64,000 nucleotides of DNA from Eledone cirrhosa. Its lineage: Eukaryota. The stretch is from positions 49,104,001-49,168,000 of the forward strand of contig OZ024751.1 of assembly GCA_964016885.1 (NCBI GenBank), written 5' to 3'. Position numbers and translations under genes: made by a program. Below, piece by piece: positions 15,157-29,158 of this stretch. Below the pieces are notes generated by a model. It did no database searches. It was not told the DNA's origin and saw only the letters and a program-made list of their open reading frames with translations. The number at the start of each line of letters is the position of its first letter. Position 1 is the stretch's first letter.

Positions 15157-15245
15157 TGTTATTATAGTTACATTCATTGTGTAAGATATATTTATATATT
15201 TGGAAAGAGAGAATATATACACAGACACACGCACATATATATATA

Positions 15246-15326
15246 CAGTGCGTCGTCAAGTAAGATATCTGCAGAAATTTGTTTTATTTCAATAAATTTC
15301 TACAAATCTCATACTTGACAACTCAG
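15246..15326. mobile_element. ~80-bp hairpin MITE (Tc1/mariner-like, TA-flanked)
   Basis: TIR-like ends GTCGTCAAGTA...TACTTGAC(G/A)AC; other copies at 16717-16797 and 57218-57297. Confidence 0.65.
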
Positions 15327-15361
15327 TATTTATATATACATACATATGCATATATATATAT

Positions 15362-15412
<51 letters not shown>

Positions 15413-15433
15413 AGTGTGTGTGTGTGTCTGTAC

Positions 15434-15488
<55 letters not shown>

Positions 15489-15534
15489 TAAATATATATA
15501 TATATATATATGTGTGTGTCTGTGTGTGTGTGTG

Positions 15535-15569
<35 letters not shown>

Positions 15570-15861
15570 CCATAAAACACTTTTTTCTTAGCTCGTCGTA
15601 GATCTTGCACTCTCTTACATCCAACTGATTTTATCTTTTCTTAACGAGTAGATAGAGATAGACGAATTACCACAACCATCGAGCCTTCCCCACCCGCTTT
15701 CCAACCGTCCACATCCAACTCCAGAAATATCGAACAACTTACACCCAAATCAATCAATATTATTTCTTTACTACTGTAGGCGGTGGATTGGCAGTATCGG
15801 TAGAGGGTCGGACGCCATGCTTTGACGCATAGAGTTACGGCCCTTGCCAATCCGCCGCCCC

Positions 15862-16270
15862 TTCAGTAAAGAAATAATTGTTTCTACTTTTGGCACAAGG
15901 CCAGCAAATTACCCAGTACATTACTGGTACTTTCTTTTATCGACCCCGTAAGGATAAAAGGCAAAGTCAACCTCGGCGGGATTTGAAATTAGATCATAAA
16001 GGGGCGTAACTAAGCTGGAAAGCATGGCGTCCGACCCTCTACCGATACTGCCAATCCGCCGCCTACAGTAGTAAAGAAATAATTGTTTCTACTTTAGGCA
16101 CAAGGCCAGCAATCAACCAGTGCATTACTGGTACTTTATTTTATCGACCCCGTAAGGATGAAAGGCAAAGTCAACCTCGGCGGGATTTGAAATCAGATCA
16201 TAAAGGGACGTAACTAAGCTGGAAAGCATGGCGTCCGACCCTCTACCGATACTGCCAATCCACCGCCTAC
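15862..16270 (-). mobile_element. Two head-to-tail tRNA-SINE copies (~203-bp period)
   Basis: Both show the SINE head, central domain and tail on minus, separated by the same CAGTA(GTA)AAGAAATAAT linker. Confidence 0.85.
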
Positions 16271-16473
16271 AGTAGTAAAGAAATAATATTGATTGATTTG
16301 GGTGTAAGTTGTTCGATATTTCTGGAGTTGGATGTGGACGGTTGGAAAGCGGGTGGGGAAGGGTAGATGGTTGTGGTAATTCGTCTATCTCTATCTACTC
16401 GTTAAGAAAAGATAAAATCAGTTGGATGTAAGAGAGTGCAAGATCTACGAGCTAAGAAAAAAGTGTTTTATGG

Positions 16474-16553
<80 letters not shown>

Positions 16554-16557
16554 TTAG

Positions 16558-16592
<35 letters not shown>

Positions 16593-16613
16593 CAGACACA
16601 CACACACGGACAT

Positions 16614-16673
<60 letters not shown>

Positions 16674-17019
16674 ATATATATATATATATATATGCATATG
16701 TATGTATATATAAATACTGAGTCGTCAAGTATGAAATTTTTAGAAATTTATTGAAATAAAACAAATTTCTGCAGATATCTTACTTGACGACGCAATGTAT
16801 ATATATATGTGCGTGTGTCTGTGTATATATTCTCTCTTTCCAAATATATAAATATATCTTACACAATGAATGTAACTATAATAACAGATACCTCTAGATA
16901 TTATGATTATATAGTTAAACTTATCGGGAAAATACACTGTGGAGACGGCAAAACGTAGATATAGACGTAAAGACACACAGGCGTATATAAATATATATAT
17001 ACATATATATATATATACA

Positions 17020-17119
<100 letters not shown>

Positions 17120-17265
17120 CATATATATGTATATATATATATACATATGTATATATATATTAGAAAATGAGGTTCTTTTTACAAAATGAAAAAAAAACGA
17201 GATGTCCTACACGAGTGAAAGTATAAGAAAATACATCTGGAGTCTTTTTATGAATATTTATATGG

Positions 17266-17309
17266 TTCCTTTACCGGTTTCGCAGTTCTTGTGCTTTTCA
17301 AAAGTAGAA
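17266..17309 (-). ncRNA. Minimal type I hammerhead with U3:A8 core (UUGAAAA)
   Basis: Minus: CTT-TTGAAAA-GCA(CAAGAAC)TGC-GAAA-CCGG-TA-AAG. It lies in a repeat (~17160-17345) that recurs at ~41695-41910. Confidence 0.6.
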
Positions 17310-17667
17310 TTGAGATGGAGGGTTTGTGGGTTTTTTCTCGCATCTGGTTGGTGTTCCAATGTTACTTCTGTTTTATATGGAAAAAAGTGGCTCGAAATGC
17401 TAGGGTTTTATAAAAGTAATTTCGTTGGTTGATAACTGTCATGTGAATAAGTATAATAAATTTCGCGCCATTTCGCGTTACAATGTTCTCATTATATTTG
17501 CCTTAAAAAAAAAAAGGAATCGGGAGAATTGTTCTGGTTCAGTGCGTATGGCTGATGTGGTGAGGTGTCTAAATTCAGACTTTCTATTGAAATAAAGAAA
17601 GTAGATATATGTATTTTTACTTGTGTGCTGGTTTATGTGTGTGTGTGTAGGAAAATGAATCTATTAG

Positions 17668-17708
<41 letters not shown>

Positions 17709-17808
17709 GGGGAGAAGAATAATGCATGGTTGCACATGGATTACATGTTATAAAATGAGTCCCTCATCAGTGATTTGCCAACGATCATTGGTATATCATC
17801 GCATTAAA

Positions 17809-17899
<91 letters not shown>

Positions 17900-17901
<2 letters not shown>

Positions 17902-18088
17902 TTTTAATATAGATGAGATTCTACAGGACTAGAACTGTTTCATTCTTTAGAAATCGCCAGGATGATTTCTAAAGAATGAAACAGTTCTAGTTCTGTAGAA
18001 TCTCATCTATATTAAAACTTTTATACTCTGCTATGTATTGAGTACCTTACTTACTGTGGTTACCTCCGATTCAACACGGAATAACTTA
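17900..18088. mobile_element. Palindromic PLE pLTR-type insert (HHR family also at 62403-62536 and 63040-63207)
   Basis: 17900-17955 and 17964-18019 are inverted; the centre lies at the HHR core/stem II; flanked by (TA)n. Confidence 0.8.
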
Positions 18089-18179
<91 letters not shown>

Positions 18180-18524
18180 ATGTGTCTGTGTATGTATATA
18201 TGTATATATGTATATATACACATATATATACATATATATATTCCCACAGATGTACTCTACCTTGACCTCTTCACCTCACGTTGGAACTTTTTAACACCCG
18301 TCCCCGTACACAACAGGTACACACATCTACACACATACAGATGTATACTTCCTCGCTCTCCTTCACTACTATATGTCCCTCTTTCAATCATACTCCCTGC
18401 TTTCTCGTTATATATCGACATATACAGATACAATTATCTATATATCCTGATATATATTTGTTACATACATTTTTTATCACAAATATACGTATGTATATCT
18501 CCCTATATTCTTATTCATAAATAT

Positions 18525-18705
18525 ATATATACGTATATATACGTATATATACGTATATATACGTATATATATATATACGTATATATACGTATATATACGT
18601 ATATATACGTATATATATATATACGAATATATACGTATATATACGTATATATACGTATATATACGTATATATATATATACGAATATATACGTATATATAC
18701 GTATG
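18525..18705. repeat. (ATATATACGT)n-type compound microsatellite
   Basis: Directly visible. Confidence 0.9.
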
Positions 18706-19066
18706 CGTGCGTGATATCCGCGTGTTTATGTATCTTGCTATATAATACGTATATACATAGATACATAACCACCCTATCTATCCATATATTCCTTTTTTTT
18801 CTTTCTCCATCTTCCCTGGATGACCTTTCTTTCATGTAATTCAGCTAATGCCACGACATCATCATTCCGTATCTTCTAAAGAGTGATGTCTGTGTCATCC
18901 ACAGACCCGAAATGATATTAATACATAAGAAACGTAAGCACCTATTAATATCAGTCAATATAAGGAAGAATATATAATAGAAATAGTTGAAATAAAAAAA
19001 AACAAACCCAGATGTAAATACAACCCTTAATATACACACACAGCTACTCATCTCATCGTATTTTTA

Positions 19067-19309
<243 letters not shown>

Positions 19310-19402
19310 TATAGATAGATACACACACATACACACAAACACACGCACACATATATATATCTATATATATCTATATATATCTATATATATACATATATAT
19401 AT

Positions 19403-19508
<106 letters not shown>

Positions 19509-20025
19509 AGAGAGATTGTATACGTTACTTACGAATAACTATGGCGATCAGAATAGACGCAAACACACACATATACCCATTCATGCAAACACACAGTCAC
19601 ACACTCGTAAGTTCGGAGGAGATGAAGCAGTTTATAACATATAATGTCATGGTAGCTTTTGGTAATGCCAGGAAGAAAGGTTTGCGGTAATATCAATTGA
19701 AATTATATTATATTTGAAACTTTTATATTTTTCTTGACTGTATTTGTTTCGCTTGGTGATGGTGGAGGGTTCCAGTTTTGTTATGCTTCTTTTAGGTAGA
19801 AAAAAAAATTGAAAACTTGGAGAGACAATTGTAATAAGGAACGGAGAAATATCTTATAGAAATATGAACAATAACAACATCAACCATGATAATTATATTG
19901 TTATCGATGATAATGATAACAATAATGATGATAATAACAAAGGAAACATTCGCAAAATATTCAAAACAATAACATTAAACGTAATAATATGAATATAAAA
20001 AAAATTGAATATGAATATTCAAGGT

Positions 20026-20056
<31 letters not shown>

Positions 20057-20190
20057 TTATATATATATATATGCCTCTGTGTGTGTTTGTGTGTATGTGT
20101 GTATATATATAGATAGATAGAATGATAAATATAGACTTATAGATGCAAATATATATATATATGTATATGTGTATATACATATATATATAT

Positions 20191-20381
20191 ATAGCAACGA
20201 GTAGGACCCCGACGGCTGAGCTCAAGCCATTTCGACGGCTAATTCAGAATTAGCCGTCGAAACGGCTTGAGCTCAGCTGTTGGGGTCCTACTCGTTCCTA
20301 TTACCCACTCTACTACCCTAAGTATTGAGTATTTTGGTGCGTTATGGTCCACCTGGTTCCTTACCACATTTCATTCGTTAT
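20191..20381. mobile_element. Palindromic PLE pLTR-type insert carrying the 3' half of an HHR on both arms
   Basis: Palindrome 20191-20301 centred on GGCTAATTC-A-GAATTAGCC; the intact GAAA-CGGC(TTGAGCTCA)GCCG-TC stem III is seen in the family copy at 61294-61491; fragment at 8999-9033. Confidence 0.8.
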
Positions 20382-20383
20382 AC

Positions 20384-20416
<33 letters not shown>

Positions 20417-21087
20417 CATATATATATATACATGAGAGAAGGTGAAATGGAAATAGAAAAATGGATGTAATCACAGGAGAACGTACATTGTCGGATATAT
20501 GTACAATTCCTATCCATTGCCGTTAGGAAGACTATGAGGGTGATGGAAGGAGACCCAGTCAGGATATATAGACTCTTGGACAAATCGTTGTCACTATTTA
20601 GTTACGAACTGAGTTCAGACCTCCCTGAAGTGAACTTTATGTTCTTCGTTCTGTTATTGATAGGACACACATCTATTAAAGAACTAGAAACGATCTTATA
20701 TCGATATAAATCATTCTAGATGTGAATAGATTCATAATAGAACGTTTCTAAAGCATGTAGTACTAGACATTATATATTTATGGACATTAGTATTCAAAAT
20801 CGTTAGCACAACATCTTTGATATCCGACATGTTTTCAGTGAATCTTATATATGTATACATACACATACATATACATACATATACTGTTATACACACATAT
20901 ATATGTATACATACACATATATATACATACATATACTTTTATACACACATATATGTGTACAAGTATATATATATATAGGTATATATATATATATACATTC
21001 ATTCATTTCTCTCTGTCTATATATAAGTAGAGAGAGAGAGAGAGAGCTATGCATGTATGTTTGTATGAATATATACATACACACACG

Positions 21088-21130
<43 letters not shown>

Positions 21131-22484
21131 AATTCGCTTCTTATTGCGACTTGGTATACTGACACAGTGAGAAAACTTTCACAGAAAACAATCGATTTTA
21201 TCGACCCCTCTCAAGAAACTGACACAATATTTCCCGAAGCCAGAATTATGAAAAAACTATGATGAACTCGGCTGGATTTGAACTCAGATATAATAGAACC
21301 TGAAGGCAAAAGGGCAAAGCATTCTTCCATCCCATGGTTTAAACACTCTGCCAGTTCACTAGCTTATCATTTTTCTCACAGGCACGTGACCGTATATTTG
21401 AGAGAAGTGGCAGAGCATTCTTCCACCCTCTGTTCACCGTCTTATTGTTTCTCTCATAGACTCTGCAGCTAATATTTGCGTGAATTGGCAGAGCATTCTT
21501 CCACCCAATGGCTTAATAACTCTGAAAGTACACCAGCTTATTGTTGCTCCGATAGCCACTGGACTGCTCTTTGCGTGAGAATTGCTAGACAATTATACCA
21601 CCAACATGTTCTTTATGTTATCGGCGTGTGGAAGAATGAAAACCAGTTACAATCTTGGTAGTATTTGAAATCAGAACGTAAAGGATATTTACTAAATACG
21701 GCAATATATCCTGTCCGTCGATTTACCAATTCCGTCAATCCACCATCGAAATATGTTTAGCAGTAGTTACACGACGTCAGGATTTGTCTTTGCTGTTTGA
21801 AGGGATTTAAATGTCTGAATGTTTGGCCATTATTCCACAAACATCAAACGTAGTTTAGCAATAACTTTATACAAATAATCAGTATGGAAAAGGTAAATAT
21901 ATATAAGTCGATAGATAATATAAAAACAATCCCAACAATATATAAAATGGCAGGAAAATACTGATAATGTAATATCAGGAAATAACATAGACATCTACTA
22001 TAGTATCAACAATAATACGAAATAAGGTCATGGCAAGACGGTGATAAAAATATTATTGATGTATAATATTATAATATTTGTACAGTACAACTGTTTCTTT
22101 TTATTTCCCTATATATTTATGTATTTCATTTTATTTATTATAGTTGGTAAATCCAACTCATGCGTCCATCTTTGTGAATGTTTGTGTTTCTCATATGTAT
22201 CCATGCAACTACATACCTCATTTACAAACATTTTTATAGAATACATGTCGCTATATACTACTACATGTATTATTTATATTTATCTTATATAAACGCATGC
22301 CCTAGCATACGTGTGCATATATAAATATTACTAAAACATATATCATTCTATGCTTGATCAAACACACACACGCACACACACACATACATACACAAACACA
22401 CACACGCACACACCACACACATATATATATATATATAATATATATTACACATATATTTCTTTATGCATTAAGCTAGCAGTGTAT

Positions 22485-22552
<68 letters not shown>

Positions 22553-23072
22553 TATATATATAGATATATAAATATATACATATATGTATGTATAAATATA
22601 TATATAAATATTACAAATATATTTTCGTACACATTAACCTACGAGTTTGTGCATATATATATGTATATATATATACACATTATTTTTATTATTTAATACT
22701 TGCTCTTGCGCGTTTGCACATTTATACAATTCATACATATTTTATTAACTGTGTATATGTTCCTTGACGACCATTTATGATTCCGATTATCATTGTTTTG
22801 CTTTGAAGTAAAAAATGATTGCCAACATGCTATCCACCCTAACGAGACCATGTGTTGCACCGAAAAACAAAGGCAAAAACTACAAAATTCCCTATTTATT
22901 TTACGTTTAATGTGTAAAGAGGAAACAAACTTTGTATATATAACATTGTTATATATTAATATGTCTCCCGAGGCGACGAATAAATCTATTAAATGTTTCC
23001 TGCGCACAAAAAAATATGTGCATATTATAGATACAACTGCTGCTGCTATTAATATTATTGCTGCTGCTCCTG

Positions 23073-23122
<50 letters not shown>

Positions 23123-23901
23123 GATAATAATACTGATAATAATAAAAGTAACAAAACGACATGGAATGATAATGATGAGAATAATTGCTCCTTATATTAG
23201 CCAAGATGCTCGCAAATATAATACAATTTTAATGTAACTGCTCTATGCCTATCTGGCTTGTCGAACAAGGTTATATATATGAAAAATATAACAGTGGTGT
23301 ATACCAGGGATATTATAAATAGATTATTTTTATTATAATAATGTATTTTCTATTTTTATTTACGTTTTTAATTTATCTTAATATTAATTTTATTTTCTAT
23401 TTTTAAACAAGTTTTTAAAATGTTCATTGGAGGCACAACATCTTAATCTCTTATGTATATTATAAAGAATTGAATTATGTTTGTATATTTTTTGCATATA
23501 AAAGGAGTCAAGAATGATTCTTTTATCAGTTCCTTCTCTCTCTCCTCTGATTTTCTATACCGCTAACGACAAATTTGCTTTTCAATCTTTCGAGGGGGAT
23601 AAACAAGCACCGGTTCATGGTTGATAGATAGGAAGAATTGTTAAAATGTTGGGTTGGTTGCCTTGTCATATCAGTTCATAGCCTGTCCCTTCTGTGTTAG
23701 AAACTGAATTCCTATTACCAGCAAATAAGAGTTACTGCCTATGTGTTGTTACAAATATATAATATCAGAAATGGGAAGACCAACTGAAACAAATGAGAGA
23801 GCTTTCAAATAGAATGAATTGCGGTATTCGAGCCAGATCTCAACAATGAGAGATCAATTCACACTGATGTGAATTTTTAATTTCATAACATTCGGCTGGA
23901 T

Positions 23902-23983
<82 letters not shown>

Positions 23984-24835
23984 TCTCTCTCTCTCTTCAC
24001 AATATCTGCCCCCCCCCAACGCACAATTTTTGTCGTCATTGATCGTTCTCAGAACACAGCACCTTCATTAAAAGAACGTTACTGGGAAGTTTATATTAGT
24101 CCGTATTTATGATATGTATTTCTCGCTGACGAACAGCTGTTATTGTGTATACTTTAGTGTATTTTTCTAGACAAACACTATTTGGTCTACATTCCAGAGT
24201 ATTCCAGTCTGGGGATCAACTGTTGCTCTGTCTGAGTAGGAAACTTTTATTTATATTCATGTCTATTTCTGATCAACACTTATATATGTGTTCTATACGG
24301 GGGTATATTTCCGAACAAGAGTTTTATTGGTGTCTACACTGGTGTATATTTCTGAACAAGAATTATAGTGGTGTCTAGACTGATCTTTGATTTTATACAA
24401 CTATTGTATTTTTTATACCTGTGAGCATTTCATGAGAAATGCTGCTACGACAAAATTTCTAAATCACTTCACGTACAATTAATAAGACTTGAGCAAGTTA
24501 GACAAATTTTTATCAATTTATATTTGTTTCTCATACGACAACACTTTCGTAGTATTTATAGATGATATTAAATAGCAATTAGCTCATGATGAGCTACAGC
24601 TTAGATAATTGAATTTTCTAATCTTGTTATTACTACATCCAGTCATAACAGTGACTATAAGACATATTCACGGTACTCAAATTATTTTCCCTTCACTTCT
24701 CCCATGTGAAAAATATGTCGACACATTAGATTTCTTGCTAAAAATGAACATTTATTTTTTTCTCTGAAGCTTAAAGAAAATTACAATATAGCCCCATTCC
24801 AGAAATTATCACGTATGAAGATATTTATTACACAT

Positions 24836-24960
<125 letters not shown>

Positions 24961-25193
24961 TTAGAAACACACAGATACATGCGGACACACACATATATAC
25001 ATGAATGCATCCGCACCCAACTGTGAGTTAAGGGTGCCAACTTCACCGATGTTGCTCAATGAATGACCGGGACAGACCAATTCAGTTGAACTAGACTGAA
25101 CCAGTATCAGAGTTAAAAATACATTATGAAGAGAGAAGAAACATTTAGATATAATTAGTAATAAAATGTATCATACCTAAACTGCTCCTAAAT

Positions 25194-25283
25194 TCCTCGA
25201 CTACGCAGTTTCGTGGCATAAACAAAAACAATATATCATAAAGATATAGAGTCCCTGCGAGGTCTGCCGACTTATCAAGAGGA
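25194..25283 (-). ncRNA. Hammerhead ribozyme, U3:A8 variant (595-bp unit copy 1)
   Basis: Reverse complement of 27509-27598. Confidence 0.8.
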
Positions 25284-25788
25284 TACCTCATTTTACTAGT
25301 CTCAAGAACGCGTCTACACGACGTGAGAAAGAATCCCAAAAGGCGGAGGGGGAGATAGTCACGCGATATAACGGTCGAGAAACAGAGCTAAGCCTCTTAT
25401 AACCACGAAGAAAATACCACGGAGGCGGAGGGGGTATTCATATCGAGGCCGCAGAAGAGGTGGTGAAGAAGGCTAGAAGTATGAGTAATGGAAGCTTTCC
25501 AGTTGTCCCCACACTTCAAAGATTGCTCGACCAGAGGGAGTTATTAACAATATATTTAGAAACACACAGATACATGCGGACACACACATATATACATGAA
25601 TGCATCCGCACCCAACTGTGAGTTAAGGGTGCCAACTTCACCGATGTTGCTCAATGAATGACCGGGACAGACCAATTCAGTTGAACTAGACTGAACCAGT
25701 ATCAGAGTTAAAAATACATTATGAAGAGAGAAGAAACATTTAGATATAATTAGTAATAAAATGTATCATACCTAAACTGCTCCTAAAT

Positions 25789-25878
25789 TCCTCGACTACG
25801 CAGTTTCGTGGCATAAACAAAAACAATATATCATAAAGATATAGAGTCCCTGCGAGGTCTGCCGACTTATCAAGAGGA
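25789..25878 (-). ncRNA. Hammerhead ribozyme, U3:A8 variant (copy 2)
   Basis: Identical to copy 1, +595 bp. Confidence 0.8.
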
Positions 25879-26383
25879 TACCTCATTTTACTAGTCTCAA
25901 GAACGCGTCTACACGACGTGAGAAAGAATCCCAAAAGGCGGAGGGGGAGATAGTCACGCGATATAACGGTCGAGAAACAGAGCTAAGCCTCTTATAACCA
26001 CGAAGAAAATACCACGGAGGCGGAGGGGGTATTCATATCGAGGCCGCAGAAGAGGTGGTGAAGAAGGCTAGAAGTATGAGTAATGGAAGCTTTCCAGTTG
26101 TCCCCACACTTCAAAGATTGCTCGACCAGAGGGAGTTATTAACAATATATTTAGAAACACACAGATACATGCGGACACACACATATATACATGAATGCAT
26201 CCGCACCCAACTGTGAGTTAAGGGTGCCAACTTCACCGATGTTGCTCAATGAATGACCGGGACAGACCAATTCAGTTGAACTAGACTGAACCAGTATCAG
26301 AGTTAAAAATACATTATGAAGAGAGAAGAAACATTTAGATATAATTAGTAATAAAATGTATCATACCTAAACTGCTCCTAAAT

Positions 26384-26473
26384 TCCTCGACTACGCAGTT
26401 TCGTGGCATAAACAAAAACAATATATCATAAAGATATAGAGTCCCTGCGAGGTCTGCCGACTTATCAAGAGGA
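26384..26473 (-). ncRNA. Hammerhead ribozyme, U3:A8 variant (copy 3)
   Basis: Identical, +595 bp. Confidence 0.8.
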
Positions 26474-26978
26474 TACCTCATTTTACTAGTCTCAAGAACG
26501 CGTCTACACGACGTGAGAAAGAATCCCAAAAGGCGGAGGGGGAGATAGTCACGCGATATAACGGTCGAGAAACAGAGCTAAGCCTCTTATAACCACGAAG
26601 AAAATACCACGGAGGCGGAGGGGGTATTCATATCGAGGCCGCAGAAGAGGTGGTGAAGAAGGCTAGAAGTATGAGTAATGGAAGCTTTCCAGTTGTCCCC
26701 ACACTTCAAAGATTGCTCGACCAGAGGGAGTTATTAACAATATATTTAGAAACACACAGATACATGCGGACACACACATATATACATGAATGCATCCGCA
26801 CCCAACTGTGAGTTAAGGGTGCCAACTTCACCGATGTTGCTCAATGAATGACCGGGACAGACCAATTCAGTTGAACTAGACTGAACCAGTATCAGAGTTA
26901 AAAATACATTATGAAGAGAGAAGAAACATTTAGATATAATTAGTAATAAAATGTATCATACCTAAACTGCTCCTAAAT

Positions 26979-27068
26979 TCCTCGACTACGCAGTTTCGTG
27001 GCATAAACAAAAACAATATATCATAAAGATATAGAGTCCCTGCGAGGTCTGCCGACTTATCAAGAGGA
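26979..27068 (-). ncRNA. Hammerhead ribozyme, U3:A8 variant (copy 4)
   Basis: Identical, +595 bp. Confidence 0.8.
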
Positions 27069-27508
27069 TACCTCATTTTACTAGTCTCAAGAACGCGTCT
27101 ACACGACGTGAGAAAGAATCCCAAAAGGCGGAGGGGGAGATAGTCACGCGATATAACGGTCGAGAAACAGAGCTAAGCCTCTTATAACCACGAAGAAAAT
27201 ACCACGGAGGCGGAGGGGGTATTCATATCGAGGCCGCAGAAGAGGTGGTGAAGAAGGCTAGAAGTATGAGTAATGGAAGCTTTCCAGTTGTCCCCACACT
27301 TCAAAGATTGCTCGACCAGAGGGAGTTATTAACAATATATTTAGAAACACACAGATACATGCGGACACACACATATATACATATCGTGGTTATAAGAGGC
27401 TTAGCTCTGTTTCTCGACCGTTATATCGCGTGACTATCTCCCCCTCCGCCTTTTGGGATTCTTTCTCACGTCGTGTAGACGCGTTCTTGAGACTAGTAAA
27501 ATGAGGTA

Positions 27509-27598
27509 TCCTCTTGATAAGTCGGCAGACCTCGCAGGGACTCTATATCTTTATGATATATTGTTTTTGTTTATGCCACGAAACTGCGTAGTCGAGGA
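27509..27598 (+). ncRNA. Hammerhead ribozyme, U3:A8 variant (copy 5)
   Basis: TCCTC-TTGATAA-GT(C)GGCA...TGCCAC-GAAA-CT(GCGT)AG-TC-GAGGA: 5-bp stem I, stem II with one bulge, stem III, GUC cleavage predicted after 27593. Confidence 0.8.
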
Positions 27599-28103
27599 AT
27601 TTAGGAGCAGTTTAGGTATGATACATTTTATTACTAATTATATCTAAATGTTTCTTCTCTCTTCATAATGTATTTTTAACTCTGATACTGGTTCAGTCTA
27701 GTTCAACTGAATTGGTCTGTCCCGGTCATTCATTGAGCAACATCGGTGAAGTTGGCACCCTTAACTCACAGTTGGGTGCGGATGCATTCATGTATATATG
27801 TGTGTGTCCGCATGTATCTGTGTGTTTCTAAATATATTGTTAATAACTCCCTCTGGTCGAGCAATCTTTGAAGTGTGGGGACAACTGGAAAGCTTCCATT
27901 ACTCATACTTCTAGCCTTCTTCACCACCTCTTCTGCGGCCTCGATATGAATACCCCCTCCGCCTCCGTGGTATTTTCTTCGTGGTTATAAGAGGCTTAGC
28001 TCTGTTTCTCGACCGTTATATCGCGTGACTATCTCCCCCTCCGCCTTTTGGGATTCTTTCTCACGTCGTGTAGACGCGTTCTTGAGACTAGTAAAATGAG
28101 GTA

Positions 28104-28193
28104 TCCTCTTGATAAGTCGGTAGACCTCGCAGGGACTCTATATCTTTATGATATATTGTTTTTGTTTATGCCACGAAACTGCGTAGTCGAGGA
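28104..28193 (+). ncRNA. Hammerhead ribozyme, U3:A8 variant (copy 6)
   Basis: As copy 5; C>T at 28121 turns a stem II C-G into a U-G wobble. Confidence 0.8.
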
Positions 28194-28698
28194 ATTTAGG
28201 AGCAGTTTAGGTATGATACATTTTATTACTAATTATATCTAAATGTTTCTTCTCTCTTCATAATGTATTTTTAACTCTGATACTGGTTCAGTCTAGTTCA
28301 ACTGAATTGGTCTGTCCCGGTCATTCATTGAGCAACATCGGTGAAGTTGGCACCCTTAACTCACAGTTGGGTGCGGATGCATTCATGTATATATGTGTGT
28401 GTCCGCATGTATCTGTGTGTTTCTAAATATATTGTTAATAACTCCCTCTGGTCGAGCAATCTTTGAAGTGTGGGGACAACTGGAAAGCTTCCATTACTCA
28501 TACTTCTAGCCTTCTTCACCACCTCTTCTGCGGCCTCGATATGAATACCCCCTCCGCCTCCGTGGTATTTTCTTCGTGGTTATAAGAGGCTTAGCTCTGT
28601 TTCTCGACCGTTATATCGCGTGACTATCTCCCCCTCCGCCTTTTGGGATTCTTTCTCACGTCGTGTAGACGCGTTCTTGAGACTAGTAAAATGAGGTA

Positions 28699-28788
28699 TC
28701 CTCTTGATAAGTCGGCAGACCTCGCAGGGACTCTATATCTTTATGATATATTGTTTTTGTTTATGCCACGAAACTGCGTAGTCGAGGA
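28699..28788 (+). ncRNA. Hammerhead ribozyme, U3:A8 variant (copy 7)
   Basis: Identical to copy 5. Confidence 0.8.
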
Positions 28789-28857
28789 ATTTAGGAGCAG
28801 TTTAGGTATGATACATTTTATTACTAATTATATCTAAATGTTTCTTCTCTCTTCATA

Positions 28858-28901
<44 letters not shown>

Positions 28902-29158
28902 TTTCTGAATTTGACCCTCCCAAAGCTATAACAATATATATATATATATATATATATATTGTTATATTTGGGGAGGGTCATATTTGCGTAATATTGCCAG
29001 AATTAATAACAGAACACACTCACTGTTTGGTTGGTTTTCGCTTCTCGCTGTCTTTTATATATATATATCTGCGATCTAACTTACTCGGTCCTCAATGTTG
29101 CCATTGACTGACCGGCGGTCAAAAATAATACATCGCCGCTATATATATATATATATAT

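Larger units (their letters stand above)
15157..16887. repeat. Large inverted duplication (~690-bp arms) around tandem SINE copies
   Basis: 15157-15845 is the reverse complement of ~16203-16887, apart from microsatellite length and a few SNPs. Confidence 0.9.

Noticed and set aside
25145-25339. Repeated 64-aa ORF (MGFFLTSCRR...) in each 595-bp unit
   Set aside because: TTG start, short, no recognisable motif, overlaps the ribozyme; its identity across units simply reflects the repeat
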